From a virus, in IMG/VR virus record IMGVR_UViG_3300032050_000072, positions 19,618-83,617 of that record: DNA of 64,000 bases. One strand, written 5' to 3'. Under the pieces are notes generated by a model, which was not told the origin of the DNA, did not search any database, and was given only the letters and a program-made list of their open reading frames with translations. Of this stretch, positions 46,260-55,813 are shown piece after piece; within the stretch, counting starts at the first letter, position 1; the number at the start of each line of letters is the position of its first letter. The position numbers were made by a program, and so were the translations under genes.

Positions 46260-46697
46260 TCATCGTCGCGGTGGTTGTGCATTGGGCTCTCCGTTGCTGA
46301 TCGTGATGAACAGGTCGGCCAGCCCGAGTTGCACCTTCGGGTGCTGGCCCGCTTCGGGAAAGCGAACATGCAGCGGCACGCCCATTTGACTGAGCTTGAG
46401 GCACAAGTCGATCAGGCCCATCAGTCGCACGACATTGCCGTCGAGTTTGCGGACCCGATCGGCACTAAAGCCGTCGATCTCGGCGACTCCCAGACAATAC
46501 AGCAGCCACGCCTGTGTGTTGTCGTGCAGTCGATTGACGAGGCTGCCGTGATGCTGGGCAACTTCGGCGTCGATCATAATCGCCCGCTTGACCTCAATCG
46601 GTTCGAGCATCTGGCCCGAACGAGCCAGCAGCGTGAACGGCTTTGCCGGGATGAAGTGCGTATCGTCGCCGACCTTGAGTTCGATGGTTTCGCTCAT
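46260..46697 (-). CDS. Hypothetical protein
   Basis: 145-aa ORF in the minus-strand operon. Confidence 0.55.
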   Translation of the reverse strand: MSETIELKVGDDTHFIPAKPFTLLARSGQMLEPIEVKRAIMIDAEVAQHHGSLVNRLHDNTQAWLLYCLGVAEIDGFSADRVRKLDGNVVRLMGLIDLCLKLSQMGVPLHVRFPEAGQHPKVQLGLADLFITISNGEPNAQPPRR

Positions 46698-47595
46698 CGC
46701 TTGTCGCCTTTCCTTTGCTGTTTCATGTTTTCGGAGTGCTTGCTTATTTCAAGCCCTCGCAGATACTCTCGTGCGAGAATCTTCAAAGCCTCTAGCGATC
46801 GGCTCCCGTCGTAGAAGCGAACGCCGACTTGCTCGTCGAGCTTGAATTTCTTGATGGCTTCGTCGATCGTCATGACTCCTTCTCCGGTAATTCCGCCACA
46901 CCTTCGGGTCGCATCTTGATCCAGACCGCTTCGGCCTGAGCCAGCGCCTCGCGTAGCTTTTCGAGTTGATTGGCCGAGCCTTGGCGGCTGCCGTGGTGTT
47001 CGGTCAGCGTCGCCACCGACTCGGTGAAGAATGGCACGCTCACGCCCTGGTCACTCATTGCAATTCCTCCTTGCCAGTCAGCCGGTCGACCACCTGCTCC
47101 AGTTCGAGCACCCGCTTTTCAAGCTGATCCATTTTGACGACCTGAGTTATCATGATTCGCTCCATCGTCTCGTCGTAGTCGTCGGATGGCCTGCCAATCA
47201 CCGCACCGATCTCCTCTAAATGAACCCATCGGACCTCTCCGCTTTTGACCTCGACAGTGCTTTTCTGTCGCCTCACACGAAACCCAGTAACGACGCCGCG
47301 ACTCAATCCAGCTTTCCAGGCCCGGCTTCCTTCTTTGATAATCACCGTATCGCCAATGCTGATCTGGCTAATATCGAGACTCATCGCACGATCTCCAATT
47401 GAGCCCGAGCGACGACGTAGCCGGTCGGTGCGGTGTAGATTCCGGTGACGCCGTGCTCGATGGTCGCCGCCGCGCGGGACTGGCAGCGGCAACCAAGGAG
47501 CGACAAGACGGCGATCATCAACAACATCCAGCCGGTGAACCCGATCGCCGCATAGACGAGCGAGTAGAAGCCAGCAAACGGATCACGCGGTGGCA

Positions 47596-47970
47596 TCAGA
47601 TCACCCCGCTTTCTTTGAACGACTGCCGCAGGTAGGCGTCCTCGCACATGGCCTCGATCACTCGCTCGCTGATATCCGTCCATTCTTCGCTGTCGAGTTG
47701 ATCGTAGACGCCCAGGCATTTGTCGCCCGGCTCGTTACCGTAATCGCCCACGACCGCAATGCGATCGCCAGCCCAGGAGCCGATGATCGGATTGGTACTC
47801 GACAGGTCGCCGCCGCCTCGGTTGTTGTGACACGCCAGCAGAATCGCCAGCCCGGTCATCGTGCCGCAGCCCGACGAGCCGAACTCCAGCAGCTTGAGCC
47901 CGTCGCCGAACTTGTGCGGGTGCAGAAATTCCTTCTTGTCCAGATTCGCGATCTTGTGGTATTGACCCAT
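47596..47970 (-). CDS. Conserved phage hypothetical protein
   Basis: MGQYHKIANLDKKEF..GSWAGDRIAVVGDY; leader GGAGATCAAGTCATG. Confidence 0.75.
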   Translation of the reverse strand: MGQYHKIANLDKKEFLHPHKFGDGLKLLEFGSSGCGTMTGLAILLACHNNRGGGDLSSTNPIIGSWAGDRIAVVGDYGNEPGDKCLGVYDQLDSEEWTDISERVIEAMCEDAYLRQSFKESGVI

Positions 47971-48018
47971 GACTTGATCTCCTGAGATTGGTGGTGGTTG
48001 CCCGCAACTTGTTGCGGG

Positions 48019-48450
48019 TTAGTTGACGGTCGCCGGTTCGTTGATGATCTCTTCGATCTGCACCTTGCAGCGGACGGCACCGGCTCGCATCTTCGGCGGC
48101 AGGGCTCGCGTGATCTCCTGCACTCGCTTCTCGGCCTTCTCCAAGTCCTTAATGCGGTCGACGATCGAATCTTCCGGCTCGGTTTCGCACTCCAGGGCTT
48201 CGGTCATGGCTTCGATCAGCATGTCGGCAGCCGCCTCGCGGGTGATGCCGCACTTTTCGAGCAAGATCGCCATCGTGGCCTTGAGCGGGATGCTCGTGGT
48301 TGGTGTGTATTCCGAATCCGCTGACTTGCTGACTTCTCCGGTCAGCCGCAGAATCACGACCTGATCCAGCGTGTGTTTGCCGACCGGAATCGAGCCGCTG
48401 GCGAGTTCACCGATCTTTGCTTCGATTGCCATGGCGATGATGGCTTCCAT
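48019..48450 (-). CDS. Hypothetical early protein
   Basis: Follows promoter 11. Confidence 0.7.
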   Translation of the reverse strand: MEAIIAMAIEAKIGELASGSIPVGKHTLDQVVILRLTGEVSKSADSEYTPTTSIPLKATMAILLEKCGITREAAADMLIEAMTEALECETEPEDSIVDRIKDLEKAEKRVQEITRALPPKMRAGAVRCKVQIEEIINEPATVN

Positions 48451-48496
48451 GATTTTGATCTCCGTGTTTGGTGGTGGCTGTCTCTTGACCCTAGTA

Positions 48497-48525
48497 AGTA
48501 TATCGTACCGATAGACCAATGTCAA
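48497..48525 (-). promoter_or_regulatory. Sigma70 promoter / operator cassette 11
   Basis: TTGACA-17-TATACT with a perfect dyad. Confidence 0.85.
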
Positions 48526-48546
48526 CAAGAAAAAAACGAAATTTTT

Positions 48547-49302
48547 TCATCGCATAGAGGCCAGCAGCCGCTCGCGAACCGCCTGTCGGATCGTCGGATT
48601 TTCGACCGCACTTGCCGGGAACCCGATTGGAGCCCAGCCTTCGCAATCGAACTTCCTGTCTTTGCTGTTATGCCAGAACAGCCTGTGCCCAAGCCCGCAG
48701 GCTAGATAATCCTTGGCAAATTCGAGTGAGTTCGTGAATCGCATGAACACCTGCGTCTCGCCGGTTTTGCTGTGCCTGAGCAGCGTTCCCGGCTTGGCCG
48801 TCAGCAGCCATGCGTACTCCGACTTTCGCCACGCCGATTCGGACGGCTTCCAGAGGCAGTTCTTGGGATTACCCCAGCCGTTATTCGGCCCGACGACATT
48901 CGCAAATTCCTTCGGTGCATAGGTCCAAGTCCACTCGTCATCGCCGAAGCCAAAAACATCGACGCCGCCGATCGTCGTGATCGTTCCCTCCTTGATATTG
49001 ACGCCCCTGTACTCCATCGAGACAACCATTTCGATCTCGTCGCCGATCTTCCATTCTGGCTCTGGCAGCGAATCGTGAATTGGTTCCAGAAAATCAGGAT
49101 CAAACCAGCCGTCATCGGCAACAAGAAACGGCACTGTCATTTCGGTTCTGACGAGCGCCACGTTGCCATAGCCGCCGCCATTCGGCCTCATTGCCGGTGG
49201 TGCGATCCTGTCAATCGTTCCAGGGCTAAATACGGCGTTGCCGATATAGACGCTGCTCTTGAACCGCACTCGCTGGCCGACCTTGAATTGATCTGACTTC
49301 AT
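48547..49302 (-). CDS. Hypothetical protein with KOW/SH3-like repeats plus C-terminal tag
   Basis: FKVGQRV, WKIGDEI, WLLTAKPGTLL; ends PTIRQAVRERLL. Confidence 0.7.
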   Translation of the reverse strand: MKSDQFKVGQRVRFKSSVYIGNAVFSPGTIDRIAPPAMRPNGGGYGNVALVRTEMTVPFLVADDGWFDPDFLEPIHDSLPEPEWKIGDEIEMVVSMEYRGVNIKEGTITTIGGVDVFGFGDDEWTWTYAPKEFANVVGPNNGWGNPKNCLWKPSESAWRKSEYAWLLTAKPGTLLRHSKTGETQVFMRFTNSLEFAKDYLACGLGHRLFWHNSKDRKFDCEGWAPIGFPASAVENPTIRQAVRERLLASMR

Positions 49303-49643
49303 GACGGACACTCCTCGGTTGGCAACCGCACCGGCTTGCAGCGTCGGTAACTACGTTCGAGCCGCTCGCCCTGCTCCAGCATGAAGACAGCATGCAGCAT
49401 CCCCTCGGAATTGCCGCTGCTTTCGATCTCCTTGATTGCCATCGCGCCGGACATAATTGCGGTCAGTCGCGACTTGGCAGCGCCAAGCTCCTTGCGGCCC
49501 TCGCGTACCGCTGCCGCGATCTGGTCGCGAGTGACATCGTATTTCAGCTTGCGGGTCAGGCGGTACATTTTCATGCCGTGGAGAATCGCCATCGTCTCCT
49601 CTTTGAGATTCGGGAATCGTTGGCGGAATGGGCTTTCTGACAT
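49299..49643 (-). CDS. Hypothetical protein
   Basis: GAGGA SD, ATG 49643. Confidence 0.6.
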   Translation of the reverse strand: MSESPFRQRFPNLKEETMAILHGMKMYRLTRKLKYDVTRDQIAAAVREGRKELGAAKSRLTAIMSGAMAIKEIESSGNSEGMLHAVFMLEQGERLERSYRRCKPVRLPTEECPS

Positions 49644-49659
49644 GGTGGTTGTCCTCGGG

Positions 49660-49872
49660 TTAGATGGTGATGGTTTCGTCGATAAAGCCAGCGACCAGCA
49701 GGCAAACCTGCTCGACCGCATCGTCTTGCGAATCGGCCTCGATATCACGGTAGAAGTGCCAGTCGCCGAACCACTCGTACCATGACGAGTAGCGACCGTC
49801 GCCGGTTTCCAGAATCCCGAACACTGTGCCGTCAAAGGCGGCAAAAACACGGTCGAACTTTGGCCGTTGCAT
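49660..49872 (-). CDS. Small hypothetical early protein
   Basis: Follows promoter 12. Confidence 0.6.
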   Translation of the reverse strand: MQRPKFDRVFAAFDGTVFGILETGDGRYSSWYEWFGDWHFYRDIEADSQDDAVEQVCLLVAGFIDETITI

Positions 49873-49925
49873 CAGATTGATCTCCTGTGGTGGTGGCGTC
49901 CGCAACTTGTTGCGTGACTGTATTA

Positions 49926-49954
49926 AGTATATCGCCTGTATAGCTGCATGTCAA
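49926..49954 (-). promoter_or_regulatory. Sigma70 promoter cassette 12 (divergent operator)
   Basis: TTGACA-17-TATACT; a 14-bp palindrome copy lies just downstream. Confidence 0.8.
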
Positions 49955-50020
49955 CAGCTAATCCGACGAAAATCTTAAAAAATCTCATGGCAAATGCAAT
50001 AGAATTTGCCACCCAAAAAC

Positions 50021-50057
50021 AAAAAAAATTCCGGCCAAGCGACTAGCTCGACCGGAA
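50021..50057 (-). terminator. Rho-independent terminator
   Basis: TTCCGGTCGAGC..GCTTGGCCGGAA followed by T8. Confidence 0.85.
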
Positions 50058-50134
50058 CCGTCGTTCTGTGCCGGAGATCAATCGAGCACAGGACAACCAC
50101 CGTCTCCAAATTTACCCAAACTGCCGCCGATCGT

Positions 50135-51208
50135 CTAGCGGCAAAACACCGGCATGACTCGCGTCATCCCACGATCCCGGTCGATCACCGCGCAGGTCTG
50201 CACGGGCGGCTCGTAATCGCAGCCGCAGCCCAAAGCGTAGGCGTTGTAGCCGATCACGGAGCCATTGCTCACGAACCTCGCCGGAGCGTACCAGCCGAAC
50301 GTGTGGAAGTGACCCGAGAAGTCATAATGAGCCCGCTTGGCCTTGTTCCATTGGGCGATCTTCTTCGAGTACGGAATGGTCAGACCGCCGACGCCGCCCT
50401 GGTAGCGAATCTTGTCGCCGTGGTGAAAGCGGCAGTCGTATCCCAGTACGTTGAGCCAGTTGTGGTACGACTCGCCGATCTGCCATTTGAGCTTCGGGTG
50501 ATCGAGCGAGTCCCGCAGGCTCAGATACATATCCTGCTCGTAGCTGTGATCCGCCGCCGTGGCTGATCTCATCTTGTGGGTGTCGCGCCCGTGGTTGCCG
50601 TAGCTGGTCAGCACGATCAGTTCATCGAAACCGCCATTCTCCAAGACCATCTGGATGCCCGATCGCAATCGCTGCTTGACCCAGCGAGCCTCGGCCAGCG
50701 GACTGGCCCAGGTGTTCTCCAGAAGCTCCTCGTGAATGTGCCCGGTAATCAAGTCGCCGCCGAGCCAGAGCACGCCCGTCTTGACGTTCGCCAGATTCCT
50801 GGCGTCTTCGGTCAGCAGCAGCCACCGCTCGAAGACCTGCCGCAGCGAGCGGTCGGCAATCTCCTCGTGGTACTCGTTCAATCCGTTGACCGTCCGTGGA
50901 TCGACGATCTCGGCAGCGTGCAGATCGCTCAGCAGCAGAATCGACGCAGCCGCACCGTGCTTGACCCGCTTCGGAGCCGACCATTTGCGGACCTTGGCCT
51001 TGTCGTCCATGCCGGTCAGCGACTCAATCCGCTGCTGGGCAGCAAGTAGATCGCGCTCCTGAGCGGCGTATTTGGCCTCTAGCGACTTGCTTTTCTCGAT
51101 CGCCTGTTGGAGTTGCCGCTCCAGCTTTCGTACCTCTGCGACACTAACCCCCTGGACTTCCATAGACTTAGCGAACGCCTCGACGTTCGGCTTGTTTACT
51201 TTCGACAT
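50135..51208 (-). CDS. Calcineurin-like metallophosphoesterase with N-terminal coiled coil
   Basis: SDLH, GGDLI, GNHG, HHGD, GHFH. Confidence 0.85.
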   Translation of the reverse strand: MSKVNKPNVEAFAKSMEVQGVSVAEVRKLERQLQQAIEKSKSLEAKYAAQERDLLAAQQRIESLTGMDDKAKVRKWSAPKRVKHGAAASILLLSDLHAAEIVDPRTVNGLNEYHEEIADRSLRQVFERWLLLTEDARNLANVKTGVLWLGGDLITGHIHEELLENTWASPLAEARWVKQRLRSGIQMVLENGGFDELIVLTSYGNHGRDTHKMRSATAADHSYEQDMYLSLRDSLDHPKLKWQIGESYHNWLNVLGYDCRFHHGDKIRYQGGVGGLTIPYSKKIAQWNKAKRAHYDFSGHFHTFGWYAPARFVSNGSVIGYNAYALGCGCDYEPPVQTCAVIDRDRGMTRVMPVFCR

Positions 51209-51235
51209 GCGACTGCCCTCGCGGTGGTGGTGGTA

Positions 51236-51496
51236 TTACTTCGGCTCGCGGAGAAACTTGCGGAACTGCGTTTCGCCGACCTGCACGCCCAGGTGCTCGA
51301 CGGCGTTTCGCCAGTAGTCGACGATTTTCCAGCCGCCCCGGTTGGCCCGAAAATCCTCACGGGCTTGCAGCAGCGCCTCGCGGACCTCGGGCGATAATTC
51401 ACGCAGCCAGATGCAGCCTCCAGCACGCGGTCGCGAGCCAGCGAGATTCTTGCGGAAGGCGGCAATATCAGGCTTGGCTTTCTTGATTCTCTTCAT
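51236..51496 (-). CDS. Small basic hypothetical protein
   Basis: ATG 51496. Confidence 0.55.
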   Translation of the reverse strand: MKRIKKAKPDIAAFRKNLAGSRPRAGGCIWLRELSPEVREALLQAREDFRANRGGWKIVDYWRNAVEHLGVQVGETQFRKFLREPK

Positions 51497-51827
51497 CGGT
51501 CCACTTCCTCTTGATCCAGTTGAAGATGGTGCCATACAGATCGTCGTGCTCAGAAACGTCGCCGACGTGTAACAGGTGCATCCTGAGAGCGTGTGCCCAC
51601 TCTTCCCAGAGCGTTGTCTGGGTTTCTCGCCAGTTGAGACTGCGGTCGATGTGAATGACAAAGCGAGTTGGCGGGCAGCCGTCGTCTTCGTAGATCACGC
51701 AGCAATGCCCTTGCCCACCGCCAGGAACCCGACCGCGATCGACCAATATCACTCGGCACGGATAAAGCAGCGGAAAGTGCTTCCGCAGCCAGCGCAGCCA
51801 CCGATGAAAAGCCTTGCGGTCGGTCAT
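51468..51827 (-). CDS. Zincin-like small protein
   Basis: TLWEEWAHA..HDDLYG (HExxH variant). Confidence 0.55.
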   Translation of the reverse strand: MTDRKAFHRWLRWLRKHFPLLYPCRVILVDRGRVPGGGQGHCCVIYEDDGCPPTRFVIHIDRSLNWRETQTTLWEEWAHALRMHLLHVGDVSEHDDLYGTIFNWIKRKWTDEENQESQA

Positions 51828-51889
51828 GCCAGCCCCCTATACGCATTGCGTTTCGCCCATTAGACCGCACCGCTGGTCGCGGCGTAGCC

Positions 51890-52747
51890 TCAGTGCTGAA
51901 AGACCGCTCCGCTCTGCATTGAAATCACAGGCTTGCCGCTGGTTCGTGCTATCACCGCCGCTGAATCGTCGTGTGACTCAATGAACAAATGGCACGGCAG
52001 GTCGCGGTAGGTTTCACCCTTCCAGCGAGCCGCCCCGTACTTGCGGCGCTCGTCTGGATCAGCGAACGGTGCCATGTGCATCCGGTCGAGCAACCGCACG
52101 CCATTGCGATCCAGCCAGCGCTCGCTCACGGCCCTCCGTGCCTCCAGCCTTCCGGTGACGATATTGCGAATTGGCACGCTCGGCAGATAGAACGGACAGG
52201 CTTGGTCGAGCGATGCCAAATAGGCCGCATCCTCGCCCGGTGAGTAGGGTGGGTCGTAGCAGAGTACGCCGTCGAAGTCGAACGCCGTGGTGGCAAGCTC
52301 GCTGTGGCCGAAGAGATTCCAGGCAAAATATCGCGGCTTCGGAATCGTCTGGTGCGTCAACACTTTGTAGTGCTCGCAATAGTCGCTGCCGTAGATTGCC
52401 GCAGGAACGTAAGCCCACGAGCCACGGCACTTGCGAGCCTCGAACGCCTGGATGGCCCGCCGCATGGCCGAGCCCGAGTGAATCGAATCGTCCAGCAGCA
52501 CGACCACACCCTCGGTCGGTCGCGCACAGTTGAACCGCTCGCCACCTTCGTGCCGCGTGAAGCCATGCTCGCAGAACTCCGGCAGCGTTACGACCGGCAG
52601 ATTCAAGTGCAGGCCGATCATTTCGGCGGGGATGTTCCCGCTGCGTGGAACCGAGACGATGCCGACGATCGCGTCTCGCCGCATCCAGGCCGAGAACTCC
52701 AAGCAGTCGCGCCAAAGCTGCGAATAGGTGACGTAGCTGATTTTCAT
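51890..52747 (-). CDS. Phosphoribosyltransferase domain fused to a HAD-family phosphatase
   Basis: VPRSG, LLDDSIHSG (PRPP loop); FDFDGVLC, VTGR, FIES. Confidence 0.8.
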   Translation of the reverse strand: MKISYVTYSQLWRDCLEFSAWMRRDAIVGIVSVPRSGNIPAEMIGLHLNLPVVTLPEFCEHGFTRHEGGERFNCARPTEGVVVLLDDSIHSGSAMRRAIQAFEARKCRGSWAYVPAAIYGSDYCEHYKVLTHQTIPKPRYFAWNLFGHSELATTAFDFDGVLCYDPPYSPGEDAAYLASLDQACPFYLPSVPIRNIVTGRLEARRAVSERWLDRNGVRLLDRMHMAPFADPDERRKYGAARWKGETYRDLPCHLFIESHDDSAAVIARTSGKPVISMQSGAVFQH

Positions 52748-53079
52748 ACCGCAAGCCTCCTGCCGAACTTCTTATTGACAGCGGTGATCGCGAACTCCAG
52801 AAAAATATCCGCCACCACACGACCGCCGTCGTCGTTGAAGACATGCGATGGCACTTTCGTATTGACGCTCAGACAGCCCTTGCCCGAGTCGGCCAGCTTC
52901 GATCGGTAGCAGTAGCCGTTACGAAGTTCGCCGTACTCCTCGATCAGATCATCAAGCTGAATCTCAATCGCCGCCTCGATCTCGGCGCGGTCGGCGGTTT
53001 CCAGCCACTCGCCGTCGAGACTGACCTCGATCAGCAGCTTTTCGGGTCCAGTAAACCACTCGGCCTTGGTCGCTGTCAT
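52744..53079 (-). CDS. Hypothetical protein
   Basis: Coupled by overlapping stop/start codons. Confidence 0.55.
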   Translation of the reverse strand: MTATKAEWFTGPEKLLIEVSLDGEWLETADRAEIEAAIEIQLDDLIEEYGELRNGYCYRSKLADSGKGCLSVNTKVPSHVFNDDGGRVVADIFLEFAITAVNKKFGRRLAV

Positions 53080-53588
53080 TTAACGCCTCGCATCCCCAGC
53101 CCCACTGGCCCGTGGTCGTAACCTCGCGGCTTGGTGAGCTTCGATCGCTGCACGAACCCGGCCCGCCGCAAGCAGTCGCCGAGATACTCCGCATCGAATG
53201 TCGCGCGGTGGTGATTCGCCAGATCGCCGTAGGCGTAGAGCCTGCCGTTGATCCACTTCATCGGGTCGCCCTCGGGATTGTCCCGTCGCCACGAATCGCC
53301 GCAGGTGCGATAGCGGTAGCACTCGACGATGTACTCGAAGTCGGGAACCCAAACCTCGATCGAGCCGCCTGGCTTGAGTATGCGGTAAGCCTCGGCCAGT
53401 GCGTCGCCGGTCTTCTGCCACGGCACATGCTCCAGCACATGACTGGCGTAGATCAAGTCGACCGAGTTGTCATCGAACGGCAGCCGATCGACGCCCCAGC
53501 AAGCCCAGTGATTCGGCGCGCCAACGCAATCAACCGACTCGAAGCCATCTAGCGGATAAGGCCCTGGCCCGATCTCAATCTGCCGCAT
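53076..53588 (-). CDS. Class I SAM-dependent methyltransferase
   Basis: EIGPG, LPFDDNSVD..SHVLEH..RILKPGG. Confidence 0.85.
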   Translation of the reverse strand: MRQIEIGPGPYPLDGFESVDCVGAPNHWACWGVDRLPFDDNSVDLIYASHVLEHVPWQKTGDALAEAYRILKPGGSIEVWVPDFEYIVECYRYRTCGDSWRRDNPEGDPMKWINGRLYAYGDLANHHRATFDAEYLGDCLRRAGFVQRSKLTKPRGYDHGPVGLGMRGVK

Positions 53589-53902
53589 GATCTTCCCTCC
53601 AGAAAATCGCCGCCAGCGTCCACAGCACGCTATAGGTCATCATGGCGCAGGCGTTGCTCCCGGTGGCAATGCCGCAGGACAGAGCCGCCACAAAAGAACT
53701 TATCCAGAACACAAGCATCCTTCCGTTCATTCGATCACCACCGCTTCCAGAATCGCCCTGGCCTTTGGGTTTGTCCGGCCCTCTGGATGCTTGGCGTAGT
53801 AGGCACCGTCTCGAACTCCCTCGCGGTATGCCAGTCGATTGCATCGCAGCGCCGCCGCGACAACGATCGCGAACGAAACAAGAGACATCACGCAGTCCGT
53901 GT

Positions 53903-54925
53903 TCATGACTCCATCAACTCCAGCCACTTGGTCGTGTGAATCTCCGGCCTGAACCGATCGGCCACGCCGTACTCGACGCGCGGCATCCAGAGTTGCATCG
54001 CCGCAGCCATCGCCTCAATGTCGCCTGGATTGACCACAACGAGGCCCTCCAGCCCGCGAAACTCTTCATAGGCAATCCCGGTCCCCGCGTAGACGATCGC
54101 CGGTCGACAGCGAGCCAGAGCCTCACAGGCCGACATGCTCAAGCCCCAGGTCTGATAGCTCGGCACGATCGCCCCAGTGCTCGCATCAAGCAGCCCAGGA
54201 ACCTTGTTCGGCCCGCTGCCTGCGACGACTTGCACCGCGTAGCCAGCCAACTCTCCAGCCCGTTCGGCGTCGCGGTGTCCGTGTCGATGCGTGAATGGTG
54301 AACTGGCGACCAAAAAGCAGGGTCGCTGCGGCATCTTGTCGGATCGCGGTCGGAAGAACCGGCTGCCGACCGGGTTGTAGACTAGGGCCAGCTTGGCACC
54401 CGGATAGTATTGCTCGCCGTCCATCAGGTCTTTGCGGCAAGTCACCGCCACATGATCGAAGCTCAGCACCGCCGCCAACTCGGCCCGCAGCCTCGCATCG
54501 CCGACAAGCTCGCTCGGAATCCGCCTGATCTTGTCGTGGGCGTAGAGTGCGTCGATCGTCTTGAGCCAGCCGAGCAATGACTCATGCAGCGTGCAGCCGA
54601 TTCGCCTAACGCAGCCCGGCCTTGACTCCCACCAACGGAGCGTCGGCTCGAAGTCTTCCAGGTGCAGAATGTCCGGCTTGATCGCCTCGCAGATCGCCCG
54701 ACACTCCTCGGCGAAGCGCCCCGACCAACGGCCCGGCTGACCCTCGCAATGATGCACGGCCAGCCCGTCGAAGTCTTGGCGAACGCCCACCTGCGGGTCG
54801 CCGGTCGTGATCGCGTGGACCTCGTGACCAAGCGATGCTAGCTCTTGCGCCCTGATCTCGCAGGTATTTTCCCGCGCCGATCGGCGGTGAGTCGTCCAGG
54901 TCGATGATACGAGTGCAATCCGCAT
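53903..54925 (-). CDS. GT-B (GT4-like) glycosyltransferase
   Basis: MRIALVS, LGHEVHAI, KPDILHL, VYNPV, PSYQTWGLSMSACEALA. Confidence 0.8.
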   Translation of the reverse strand: MRIALVSSTWTTHRRSARENTCEIRAQELASLGHEVHAITTGDPQVGVRQDFDGLAVHHCEGQPGRWSGRFAEECRAICEAIKPDILHLEDFEPTLRWWESRPGCVRRIGCTLHESLLGWLKTIDALYAHDKIRRIPSELVGDARLRAELAAVLSFDHVAVTCRKDLMDGEQYYPGAKLALVYNPVGSRFFRPRSDKMPQRPCFLVASSPFTHRHGHRDAERAGELAGYAVQVVAGSGPNKVPGLLDASTGAIVPSYQTWGLSMSACEALARCRPAIVYAGTGIAYEEFRGLEGLVVVNPGDIEAMAAAMQLWMPRVEYGVADRFRPEIHTTKWLELMES

Positions 54926-54995
54926 TAGGCTCCCTTTCGTCTATCGGGAACCTAGCACGGATCGAGGAAACTCGCCCGGCACGGACCTCGCTAAC

Positions 54996-55184
54996 CTAAG
55001 CGCCAGTCTCGGGGTCGATGTCCCATTTTTTTATTTCGCCAGATCGAACACGTTCTCCAAGATCGTGCTCGTGGTCTTCGAGAATCTCGAAAATCTCGTG
55101 CTTCATCAGACCAATGCGTCGAAGCAACTCAAATTGAGCCACTATCGACTCTTCGGCTGCGAGTTGTGCCTTACCTGTACTCAT
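54996..55184 (-). CDS. Small hypothetical protein
   Basis: GAGATCAAGATAATG leader. Confidence 0.55.
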   Translation of the reverse strand: MSTGKAQLAAEESIVAQFELLRRIGLMKHEIFEILEDHEHDLGERVRSGEIKKWDIDPETGA

Positions 55185-55222
55185 TATCTTGATCTCCGTG
55201 GTGGGTGGTGGTTGGCTGGCGG

Positions 55223-55426
55223 CTACTCGCCTCGACGCTCGCGAACCTCGCGCAGCAGGTCATAGGCCATGTCGTTCATGTGATCGAGCAGCATATCCGA
55301 GCCGCTCAGTTCGGTTTCGCTAGCACTCGCCAGTTCGCTATCACTCAGGCGTGCCAGTAGCTCCTTGAGCTTCTCGACCGTCGTCTTGTTGTCTCGTTCG
55401 TAGGCTTGAAATTTATTCTCGGACAC
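55223..55426 (-). CDS. Small hypothetical protein
   Basis: GTG start after the CCACCACC leader. Confidence 0.55.
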   Translation of the reverse strand: MSENKFQAYERDNKTTVEKLKELLARLSDSELASASETELSGSDMLLDHMNDMAYDLLREVRERRGE

Positions 55427-55463
55427 GGCTTCGATTCCTGTTTTTGGTGGTGGTGGTTGATTT

Positions 55464-55691
55464 CTAGAACTTGTTGACGGCATACTCGGTGGCCTTGATT
55501 GCCAAAGCCTTCTGGCGGAGCTTATCGAACTTGGCTTGATCGCAGGATTCGACCTGGATGCAGAAGCCGACACATTCGCCGCTGCCGTTGAATTCAGGGC
55601 TGAACGACGGCTTGTTGTGATCGCCGAGAGCTTCGCAAATTTGAGCAGCGATTTCAGCGGTTTTGACGAAGCAGAGTCCGGTGGTTTTCAT
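55464..55691 (-). CDS. Small hypothetical early protein
   Basis: Follows promoter 13. Confidence 0.6.
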   Translation of the reverse strand: MKTTGLCFVKTAEIAAQICEALGDHNKPSFSPEFNGSGECVGFCIQVESCDQAKFDKLRQKALAIKATEYAVNKF

Positions 55692-55732
55692 GGCTTTGAC
55701 TCTTGTTTGATTGGTGTCGTGTTGACTATCTA

Positions 55733-55761
55733 AGTATATCGGCAGGATAGACCTATGTCAA
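55733..55761 (-). promoter_or_regulatory. Sigma70 promoter / operator cassette 13
   Basis: TTGACA-17-TATACT. Confidence 0.85.
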
Positions 55762-55813
55762 CAGTGTTTTCAAAAAAATACGAAAAATAACCGGCCACGC
55801 AACTTGTTGCGGA

